Shown here piece by piece: positions 1 through 7,626 of a DNA stretch of 64,000 nt. Source of the stretch: Anaerolineae bacterium (lineage in GTDB: Bacteria; Chloroflexota; Anaerolineae; UBA1429); assembly GCA_963675785.1 (NCBI GenBank), contig OY776562.1:1120001-1184000 (forward strand), given 5' to 3'. The notes under the pieces are model-generated. The model was not told where the DNA came from and did not search any database. It saw only the letters and a list, made by a program, of their open reading frames with translations. The position numbers and the translations under genes are program-made. How positions within the stretch are numbered: position 1 is the first letter of the stretch; each line of letters opens with the position of its first letter.

Positions 1-24
1 GTCTCATAATGCAAGGAGACGTAT

Positions 25-1212
25 TTGGACACAGAAAACAGCAACCCACGCGATCAGGCCCGAACGCTACTGCGCTTGGGTATCTCGGCAGCAGAACGTG
101 GGGATAATGAACGAGGCCTCCGCTATGTAAAGGGAGCCCTGGCCGTTGATCCGGATTCTGAACCGGCGCTATTGTGGCAGCAGGCTCTTGAAGATGATGA
201 TCCCGCTGCTTGTCGTCCGGCAGTAGAAGAGGCCCTAGCGCGACACCCCGAAGATGCCTTGCTCATCGGCCTCTCGTCCTGGCTGGATGCGCATCCTGCC
301 GTCTCGGAAGAAGACATTCACCCCAAAGGATTCAAGGCGCCCTGGGCTCATCTCATGCCCGCCTCGACGGACGATGTGGATCCGCTGGCTCACGCTGAAA
401 GCGCAGGCGAGCCGGTTTCTATGGTGGTGCCTTCAACCGAAGAGGGAGACGGGGAGGAAGAGACAACACCTCCTGAGAAGACCCGACTGGCAATCAACTG
501 GAAGCGCATCCTGGGATCTACCCTGATGGTGCTCATGCTGCTCTATATTCTGGCAGGCGTCGGTATGCTGATAGCCAGCCTGGTGGACGAAGGTGCACAC
601 ACCTGGTTGCAGGATTGGCTGGGTGGCGCACCGGTGGATGCTCTAGAATTGGTCATCTTTGTGCCTACGGCTACAGCTACCTTGACCCCTACAGCGACGG
701 CTCTGCCTACAAATACCCCTACCATTACACCAACTGCCACCGCCACCTCAACCCCTACGCTCACGCCGACACCAGAATGGGTGACGGACGTTTATGCGCC
801 GTTGCCGCTGGACGAAAACTGGATAGAGGTTGATCTCTCGGACCAGATGCTCTACGCCTACGAGGGTAGCGTGCAGGTCTTTTCATCGTTGGTCTCTACC
901 GGCAAAGAGGCCACCCCCACGCGTCAGGGGCGTTTTCGTATCCAAACCAAGTATCTCTCACAGGATATGGGCGGCAGTGGCTATTACCTGCCCAATGTCC
1001 AATGGGTGCAGTATTTCTATATCAATTTCGCCCTGCACGGCGCCTACTGGCATGATTCCTGGGGAACAACCACAAGTCACGGCTGTGTGAATATCACCAA
1101 CGAGGACGCAGAATGGCTCTTTAACTGGACGGATCCTGTGTTGCCGGAAGATGCGTCAATGGTTAGCGCAACGACGGATAATCCGGGTACCTGGGTGCTG
1201 GTTCACGAATAA
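25..1212 (+). CDS. L,D-transpeptidase (YkuD family) with N-terminal TPR-like helices, TM anchor and Pro/Thr linker
   Basis: HGAYWH...SHGCVN catalytic motif, IEVDLSDQ and VSTGK YkuD motifs; hydrophobic TM segment; TPTAT linker; TTG start after AAGGAG. Confidence 0.9.
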   Translation: MDTENSNPRDQARTLLRLGISAAERGDNERGLRYVKGALAVDPDSEPALLWQQALEDDDPAACRPAVEEALARHPEDALLIGLSSWLDAHPAVSEEDIHPKGFKAPWAHLMPASTDDVDPLAHAESAGEPVSMVVPSTEEGDGEEETTPPEKTRLAINWKRILGSTLMVLMLLYILAGVGMLIASLVDEGAHTWLQDWLGGAPVDALELVIFVPTATATLTPTATALPTNTPTITPTATATSTPTLTPTPEWVTDVYAPLPLDENWIEVDLSDQMLYAYEGSVQVFSSLVSTGKEATPTRQGRFRIQTKYLSQDMGGSGYYLPNVQWVQYFYINFALHGAYWHDSWGTTTSHGCVNITNEDAEWLFNWTDPVLPEDASMVSATTDNPGTWVLVHE

Positions 1213-1246
1213 TCGTATTCTGCAAACCGTTTGCTATGGGGGAAGC

Positions 1247-2659
1247 ATGGTCAAAATTGCAATGATTGGCGCGGGTAGCCTGACGTTTACCAAGCACCTG
1301 GTGACGGATGTGCTGGCGGTTCCAGAGCTGCACGACACCGAATTTCGGCTCATGGACATCTCGGCGGAGAACCTCGATATGTCTGCCCAGATGGTCAACA
1401 AGATCATCGCCGATAATGACCTGGATGCCACCGTGGTGCAGACGTTGGATCGTCGCGAGGCCATCCGCGGCGCCGATTACGTGGTTTCCTTAGCGCGTGT
1501 AGGTGGCCTGGATGCCTTTGCCCAGGATATCGAGATCCCACTAAAGTACGGCGTCGATCAGTGTGTGGGCGATACGCTGGGCCCGGGCGGCATCTTTTAT
1601 GCCATGCGCACCATCCCCGTGCTGCTGGATATTGCCGCCGATATGCGCGAACTGGCCCCCGATGCGCTGCTTCTCAACTATTCCAACCCCATGGCCATGA
1701 ACAGCTGGGCGGTACGCCGCGCTGGCGGCGTGCGTTATATGGGGCTGTGTCACGGCGTGCAGGGCGGCCATGAACTCATCGCCAAGGCGTTGGGCTTGCC
1801 CAAGGAAGAGGTCGACTATATTTGCGCGGGCATCAACCACCAGACCTGGTACATTCAGGTGACCCACAAAGGGCAGGACATGTTGCCGTTCTTGCTAGAG
1901 GCCATGGAGAGCAATCCCGAGATTGCCGCTGCCGAGCCCTGCCGTATCGACATTCTCAAGCGCTTTGGCTATTTTTCTACCGAGTCCAACGGCCACCTTT
2001 CCGAGTATTTGCCCTGGTATCGCAAACGCCCGCAAGAGATCGACCGTTGGATCAATCCCAAGGTGTGGATTGGTGGGCGCACCGCCGGCTATCTGAACGA
2101 TTGCCGCGACACCCGCAACGAATACAGCCACACCTTCCCCGAGATGATGAGCGGCAACCCCATCGAGGCTACGCCCGCAAAGCGCTCCACCGAGCATTTC
2201 TCGCACATCATCGAGGCGTTGGAGACAGGGCGCGTTTACCGCGGCCATTTCAACATCGGCAATACCGGCATCATTAGCAACTTGCCTGAAGGCTGCACCA
2301 TCGAGGTACCCTGCTATGTGGATGGCAACGGCATTAGTCCGGCATGGGTGGGCGATCTGCCCCTGCCCTGCGCCGCCGCTTGCCGTGTCTCTATCAACGT
2401 GCAAGAGATGGCTGTGGAGGCTGCGCTTACCGGCAATCGCGAGTTGGTCAAGCTGGCTGTACTGCATGATCCCTTGACCGGTGCCGTGTGCAACACTAAA
2501 GAAGTGTGGGCCATGTGCGAAGAGATGTTTGACGCGCTGGCCCCCTGGATGCCCCAGTTCAACGGTGAGGGCCGCACCTGGGCTGACCTGCCGGCCTATG
2601 GTGATGGCACGCTGCGCAAGCCCAAAGTGGCAACCGAGCTGCCGCCTTCTCTGCGCTAG
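1247..2659 (+). CDS. Glycoside hydrolase family 4 (NAD+/Mn-dependent alpha-galactosidase/alpha-glucosidase)
   Basis: KIAMIGAGS NAD motif, GDTLGPGG, NYSNP, GLCHG, GINHQ, ESNGHLSEY; start trimmed to ATG 1247. Confidence 0.9.
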   Translation: MVKIAMIGAGSLTFTKHLVTDVLAVPELHDTEFRLMDISAENLDMSAQMVNKIIADNDLDATVVQTLDRREAIRGADYVVSLARVGGLDAFAQDIEIPLKYGVDQCVGDTLGPGGIFYAMRTIPVLLDIAADMRELAPDALLLNYSNPMAMNSWAVRRAGGVRYMGLCHGVQGGHELIAKALGLPKEEVDYICAGINHQTWYIQVTHKGQDMLPFLLEAMESNPEIAAAEPCRIDILKRFGYFSTESNGHLSEYLPWYRKRPQEIDRWINPKVWIGGRTAGYLNDCRDTRNEYSHTFPEMMSGNPIEATPAKRSTEHFSHIIEALETGRVYRGHFNIGNTGIISNLPEGCTIEVPCYVDGNGISPAWVGDLPLPCAAACRVSINVQEMAVEAALTGNRELVKLAVLHDPLTGAVCNTKEVWAMCEEMFDALAPWMPQFNGEGRTWADLPAYGDGTLRKPKVATELPPSLR

Positions 2660-2698
2660 GCATAGGTATCGCATCGCCATACAATTCACTAAACAAGC

Positions 2699-2739
2699 AA
2701 ACTGCCTGGCGATACCTTTTGGCATCAACCAGGCAGTTT
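2699..2739. terminator. Probable bidirectional terminator hairpin
   Basis: AACTGCCTGG...CCAGGCAGTT stem between convergent genes. Confidence 0.6.
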
Positions 2740-2780
2740 GAGTTCTATACTGCTTTATTGGGGGGAGTGACGCTAAAACC

Positions 2781-3452
2781 CTATTTCTTTTCGCGGCGGA
2801 AGCACATGAACCAATCGAGGCAGTACTGATCCTCGTCTTTGCTTTCCATGCGCTCTTTGGCAGTGCCGCAAGAACCAGCTGTGGGCACGATCACGTCATC
2901 ACCCGGACGCCAATCGGCTGGCGTGGCCACATTATCGGCGTCGGCCTTTTGCAGTGCCAGGATGATTCGCTTGATCTCATCAAAGTTGCGCCCTGTGCTG
3001 AGCGGATAGTAGAGAATGGTGCGAATCTTGCCCTTGGGGTCGACGATAAAGACCGCACGCACGGCCTGCGTGTTGGACTGGCCCGGTTGGATCATGCCGT
3101 ACTTGTTGGACACTTCCATGCGAATGTCTTCGATGAGCGGGAAGGTAATCTCAATGTTCTTCTTGCCGTTCCACTCGAGCTCTTGAATCTTGCGCAGCCA
3201 GGCGATGTGGGCATACAGCGAATCCACCGACAGACCTACGAGCTCGGTATTCAACGCCTTGAACTCGCCGATCATCGAGCCAAAGGTCATGAACTCGGTG
3301 GTGCAAACGGGTGTAAAGTCGGCCGGGTGTGAAAAGAGGATTACCCACTTGCCCTTGTAATCTTGGGGAAAATTGATGGGGCCCTGGGTTGTTACGGCTT
3401 TGAAACTGGGGGCGTCATCGCCAATTAGCGGCATTCTGTTGAACTCTTCCAT
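2781..3452 (-). CDS. Peroxiredoxin (Prx6/archaeal type)
   Basis: FSHPADFTPVCTTE peroxidatic motif, GRNFDE, C-terminal CLDWFMC. Confidence 0.95.
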   Translation of the reverse strand: MEEFNRMPLIGDDAPSFKAVTTQGPINFPQDYKGKWVILFSHPADFTPVCTTEFMTFGSMIGEFKALNTELVGLSVDSLYAHIAWLRKIQELEWNGKKNIEITFPLIEDIRMEVSNKYGMIQPGQSNTQAVRAVFIVDPKGKIRTILYYPLSTGRNFDEIKRIILALQKADADNVATPADWRPGDDVIVPTAGSCGTAKERMESKDEDQYCLDWFMCFRREKK

Positions 3453-3511
3453 TGTTCTTTTCCTTTGCTATTTATAGCGCTCTGCGGCGCGCTTTCTTGC
3501 CTACAGATACC

Positions 3512-3553
3512 AGTGTATCAGCATGTGACTCTTGGTTCTGTAACAAAGTCACA
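3512..3553 (-). promoter_or_regulatory. Crp/Fnr-type site and -10 box for the peroxiredoxin promoter
   Basis: TGTGAC-TTT-GTTACA (3539-3553), extra half-site TGTGAC (3524-3529), TACACT -10 at 3512-3517 on the minus strand. Confidence 0.6.
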
Positions 3554-3638
3554 CTCAGGGCGATTTTTTAAGGTTTGCCCCAAAATTAATAGGCCCGGTT
3601 TTACATCTGCCCCGTTTGTTCATTGAAAGAGGTTCAGC

Positions 3639-4310
3639 ATGAAGCAATCTGCGAGGAGGCTGGACGAGGTCTTGCCCTTTTGGCGAGATCTGACTGTCGA
3701 TCAGCAAGGGGTGCTTCAGTTCACGATGATTGAGCGCCGCTTTAGATTGGGCACAACTATTCAGAGTGATTCTGAAGATTGCCCCGGCCTTTTGGTTGTG
3801 ACAGCAGGGCAGCTTCGTGTGTTTCTCATCTCTCCTACGGGTAAAGAAATTACGTTGTATCGCGTATTTGGTGGGGAAATCTGCCTTTTTTCAGCTTCCT
3901 GTATTATCCGCGGTGCCAATTTTGATGTATACGTGCAGACTGAGCGCGAAACGACGGCGTTGGTTATTCCAACGTCTGTCTATCAGGAATTGATGGATCA
4001 GTCCACGTGTGTCGCTAACTTTACCAATATGCTCATGGCCTCACGCCTGACGAATGTCATTCAGTTGATGGAAGATGTGCTGTTTTCCAGCTTTGACAGT
4101 CGCCTGGCAGCCTTCTTGCTCGAACAAAGCGCTATTGAGCGTAGCGCGACATTGCGTATGACCCATGAACAGATTGCTCGCAACTTGGGGACAGCTCGCG
4201 AGGTAGTGAGCCGAATGCTGGGTTATTTCCAAACAGAGGGTTTGATTGTCATGTCACGGGGGTGTATTACCATCACCAATGGCCCCAAGCTGCGTGCACT
4301 CGTTCAGTAA
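3639..4310 (+). CDS. Crp/Fnr family transcriptional regulator
   Basis: GKEITLYR cNMP-domain segment, CLFSASC, THEQIARNLGTAREVVSR HTH. Confidence 0.93.
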   Translation: MKQSARRLDEVLPFWRDLTVDQQGVLQFTMIERRFRLGTTIQSDSEDCPGLLVVTAGQLRVFLISPTGKEITLYRVFGGEICLFSASCIIRGANFDVYVQTERETTALVIPTSVYQELMDQSTCVANFTNMLMASRLTNVIQLMEDVLFSSFDSRLAAFLLEQSAIERSATLRMTHEQIARNLGTAREVVSRMLGYFQTEGLIVMSRGCITITNGPKLRALVQ

Positions 4311-4341
4311 TTAATCGTATAGTTGGGGCAGCAAACATAGC

Positions 4342-4384
4342 AAAATCGGGGTACAGAATCTTTCTGTACCCCGATTTTTTTTTT
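4342..4384. terminator. Rho-independent bidirectional terminator
   Basis: AAAATCGGGGTACAGAA / TTCTGTACCCCGATTTT stem followed by a T run. Confidence 0.85.
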
Positions 4385-4412
4385 GTACAAGGCTACGTTA
4401 TGAGCGGCATGC

Positions 4413-5192
4413 TCAGAGGAAATCGAGCCCTTCACACTCCTTCTTGGCTTGCCGCAGCATCAAGATCACATCACTGGCCAGCGCCAAAAAAGTAAATCCC
4501 TGTGCCACACGCATATTGACCTCGGCGGCCGTCTGGCAGTGATATCCTGCTGCCACACCGTTCTTTTTCGCCGCTTGTAGAATGTGTTGTACGGCATCTT
4601 CTCGCTCTGGCCCTGGTGCAGAAGGGCTCATGCCCATGCTAAGCGCCAGGTCAGTGGGACCAATGAAACAGCCATCTACACCCGGCACCGAGAGAATGTC
4701 CTCGGCACGTTCGGCGGCGGTGATCGTCTCGATCATTACAATGGTGCACAGTTCGCGTTGCGCAAACTCGCGGTACTCTCCTTCGACATAGAGGTTCATC
4801 CTACCGCCGCCGCAACTACGAACGCCTTCTTGGGCGTATTTGCAGTTGGCTACGGCGCGTTCGGCCTCTTCTCGCGAGTTGATCATGGGAATAACCAGCC
4901 CGAGCGCCCCTGCATCTAGGGTGCGCTGAATCCAAACGGTGTCCAGCCAGGGTACGCGCGCCATAGGTACGGCGCCCCCCAGCTGAATGGCCCGAAAGGA
5001 ATTGACCATGGTGTCAAAGCCAACCGGGCTGTGCTGCGCGTCGATCACCAGCCAATCCCAACCAACAGAGGTCATATGCTCGGCTGATGCCGCAGAGCAA
5101 AGCGATATCCAACTGCCGATAGCCGGTCGGCCCTCTTTCAAAGCCTTTTTCACCGGGTTATGCGTGAGCAATTGAGCAGGTCCAGAACGCAT
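4413..5192 (-). CDS. HpcH/HpaI class II aldolase (GarL/HpaI-like)
   Basis: DWLVIDAQH, LDAGALG, VMIET, FIGPTDL motifs. Confidence 0.9.
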   Translation of the reverse strand: MRSGPAQLLTHNPVKKALKEGRPAIGSWISLCSAASAEHMTSVGWDWLVIDAQHSPVGFDTMVNSFRAIQLGGAVPMARVPWLDTVWIQRTLDAGALGLVIPMINSREEAERAVANCKYAQEGVRSCGGGRMNLYVEGEYREFAQRELCTIVMIETITAAERAEDILSVPGVDGCFIGPTDLALSMGMSPSAPGPEREDAVQHILQAAKKNGVAAGYHCQTAAEVNMRVAQGFTFLALASDVILMLRQAKKECEGLDFL

Positions 5193-5210
5193 ATTGTGGC
5201 CTCCTGGTCT

Positions 5211-5726
5211 TTACCACTGATCTGTGTGAACGCGGCTCTCCATGTACTTTGTACTGGGGTCTTTGCTCTCAGCGGGATAGCCCACCGGGATGAGACAGAA
5301 GGGCATGATGTCATCGGGAATGTCGAGGATGCTGCGCACCTTGGCCATACGCCCTTCGTCGGGATACATGCCGCACCATACGGCGCCCAACCCTAGGCCT
5401 GCAACGGCAATGAGCAAGTTTTCGGTGGCGGCGGCCATATCCTGAACCCAGAACGGCGGGCCGGGATTGATAGCTGGGTCGCCGCAGGGGATGATGATCA
5501 CACTGGCCTGGCGGGCCATATCCTCGCGTGGACTGCCAGCATAGAGAGCCAACCGCTTGGCCGGATCTTTGACTACTACAAAATGCCAGGGCTGGCTGTT
5601 GCGTGCTGAGGGGGCGGCCATCGCCGCTTCGAGCAGAGTCGTGACCTGTTCGTCGCTGAGCGGCTGGCCGGTAAAGGCGCGAATGCTGCGCCGGGCAAAC
5701 AGGTTGTCGATTTTCAATTCGGGCAT
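5211..5726 (-). CDS. Nitroreductase family protein (tandem copy 1)
   Basis: RRSIRAF, APSARNSQPWHF, GLGAVW; ATG 5726 after AGGAGG. Confidence 0.93.
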   Translation of the reverse strand: MPELKIDNLFARRSIRAFTGQPLSDEQVTTLLEAAMAAPSARNSQPWHFVVVKDPAKRLALYAGSPREDMARQASVIIIPCGDPAINPGPPFWVQDMAAATENLLIAVAGLGLGAVWCGMYPDEGRMAKVRSILDIPDDIMPFCLIPVGYPAESKDPSTKYMESRVHTDQW

Positions 5727-5820
5727 TGTGTGCCTCCTATAAGGATGACATGACCGATTTTTCAAGAACGAGGTGTTTGCAGTGGGTAGTGTAAATGCTT
5801 GTGCCAGGAGCGGGCGTCGA

Positions 5821-6336
5821 TTACCACTTTTTCAGATGGACGCGGCTTTCCTGATACTGCGTGCGCGCTTCTTTTTCCTCGTTAGGATAGCCGACGGGGA
5901 TGAGGCAGAAGGGCATGATATCCTCGGGGATGCTCAGCACCTTACGTACCGCCGTCACACGTTCGTTGTTAGAGTAAACGCCGCACCAAACTGCGCCCAG
6001 GCCCAAACCTACTGCTGCCAACAGAATGTTCTCCGTCGCAGCGGCTAAATCCTGCACCCAATAGGACGAATTGTTGCTGAGTGCGGGCTCACCACATGGG
6101 ATGATGACGGCGCTGGCTTCACGCGACATGCGCGCATAGGGATGGGCCTCCACAAGTGCTTCGCGGTCCGCCTGGTCGCGCACAACGATGAAATGCCAGG
6201 GCTGCTTGTTGTTGGCCGAGGGTGCAGCCATAGCCGCCTCGAGCAGTGTTTTAATCTGCTCGTCACTGACTTGCTGATCGGTAAAAGACCGGATGCTGCG
6301 TCGGGCAAAAATGTTATCGATTTTCAGTTCGGGCAT
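5821..6336 (-). CDS. Nitroreductase family protein (tandem copy 2)
   Basis: RRSIRSF, APSANNKQPWHF, GLGAVW; ATG 6336 after GAGGAG; same length as copy 1. Confidence 0.93.
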   Translation of the reverse strand: MPELKIDNIFARRSIRSFTDQQVSDEQIKTLLEAAMAAPSANNKQPWHFIVVRDQADREALVEAHPYARMSREASAVIIPCGEPALSNNSSYWVQDLAAATENILLAAVGLGLGAVWCGVYSNNERVTAVRKVLSIPEDIMPFCLIPVGYPNEEKEARTQYQESRVHLKKW

Positions 6337-6408
6337 TTTTACAACTCCTCTATGATTCATTACGCCTTGGTCCTATGGGCTGTAAGATAACAAGAGGGAG
6401 TACCCTTG

Positions 6409-7569
6409 TCAACGCTTGATGTGGTGTAGCACGCGCCCTGGAAGCGGAGTTCGTATGACAATCGCCTTGTAAGGGCACAGTTCCTGGCAGCAATAACAGC
6501 GAATGCAGCGCATGTAATCGTGGTGGGCAATATCGCCGTTTACCGTAACCGCTGGTGGATCGATGGGGCATACTTGTTCGCAGATGCCGCATCGCTTGCA
6601 GACATCGGCCAGCACAGTGGGGCGGGGGGTGATGAACTGCCGGAAAAAGGTGCGCAGGCTGCTGTTATTCAATGAGGATGTTCCCGACTGCGCGCCGCGA
6701 TTGATGACGAAATCAGCCTGAATGAGCGGTTCGATGGGATCGCCTACTAGTTCGATGTTGGACATGGTTCCCAGGCCGCTGGCTTCGCCGGCGGTGTTGG
6801 TGGGTACCAGCGCCGGGTCGAGGTTGACCAACCGGCAGGCCGTGCTGTCCAGTGCAATGGGGTCGGTTGAAAAGAGCAGCACGCCCATGTTACGCGGGGT
6901 ACCGTTGCGCGGGCCGTTCCCTTCCATGGCGATAATGCCGTCCATCACATAGAGACGCGGCCTGATCAGCGTATTCAAGTCCACCAGCATTTGCGCAAAA
7001 CGGCTGATTTCCGGCAGACGGGCGTGAAACTCGGCCTTGAGCAGCCCTGGAATGCAACCAAACTGGTTTTTCACCGCGCCAGTAAAGCGGGTCAGACCGT
7101 GGGATTTGAGTTTGGAGATAGAGATGAGCCCGTCTGCATCGACCACGCCTTTGGCCAGCGTAAAGCGCTTGATGAGTACACCGCCGGGGTGATTCAACTC
7201 GCGTTGAGTGCTCATATCGGCGGGTTCAAGTCCCAATGCTTCGGCTGCCTCTTGGATGCCGGATTTGCGGGCAGCGGCGCCCTCACGAGACTCGAACCCC
7301 GGGCTGTCACCATAGGTCAACGTAGCATGGGTTTCAGCCAGTACCTGTGCCACAGCCGAAAACACAGCAGGATGAGTGACTGCCATGGATTCGGGCGGCA
7401 GGCTGACCAGCAAATTGGGTTTGAGCAACAATGTCTCGCCAGGGGCAGCAAATTGCTCAGCGCCGCCCAGCAAACGGATGCCCTCGGCCACACAGGTGAG
7501 CACATCATCGGGTGCATAGCTGTTACAACTGACGACGGCGACGCGGGAAGGGTGGGATAGACTGTTCAA
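6409..7569 (-). CDS. DUF362 domain protein with C-terminal 2x[4Fe-4S] ferredoxin domain
   Basis: LLKPNL, THP, KLKSH..TGAVKNQFG, MEGNGP; CKRCGICEQVCP and CIRCYCCQELCP; probable TTG start 7569 after GGAG. Confidence 0.88.
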   Translation of the reverse strand: MNSLSHPSRVAVVSCNSYAPDDVLTCVAEGIRLLGGAEQFAAPGETLLLKPNLLVSLPPESMAVTHPAVFSAVAQVLAETHATLTYGDSPGFESREGAAARKSGIQEAAEALGLEPADMSTQRELNHPGGVLIKRFTLAKGVVDADGLISISKLKSHGLTRFTGAVKNQFGCIPGLLKAEFHARLPEISRFAQMLVDLNTLIRPRLYVMDGIIAMEGNGPRNGTPRNMGVLLFSTDPIALDSTACRLVNLDPALVPTNTAGEASGLGTMSNIELVGDPIEPLIQADFVINRGAQSGTSSLNNSSLRTFFRQFITPRPTVLADVCKRCGICEQVCPIDPPAVTVNGDIAHHDYMRCIRCYCCQELCPYKAIVIRTPLPGRVLHHIKR

Positions 7570-7582
7570 GGTATTCTCCGAC

Positions 7583-7619
7583 AAAAAAGGGCAGCGGACT
7601 GTTGAGCCCGCTGCCCTTT
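7583..7619 (-). terminator. Terminator after the beta-mannosidase gene
   Basis: AAAGGGCAGCGG / CCGCTGCCCTTT stem with a T tract on the minus strand. Confidence 0.75.
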
Positions 7620-7626
7620 CGTATGG

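Noticed and set aside
660-775. Short ACC/ACG-rich repeats here and near 23210-23310, 29650-29765 and 58630-58810 as a CRISPR or tandem array
   Set aside because: They encode Pro/Thr-rich protein linkers; there is no repeat-spacer periodicity
5211-6336. BluB (DMB synthase) given the B12 operon in the window
   Set aside because: Short generic nitroreductases with RRSIR motif, far from the B12 operon and without a riboswitch
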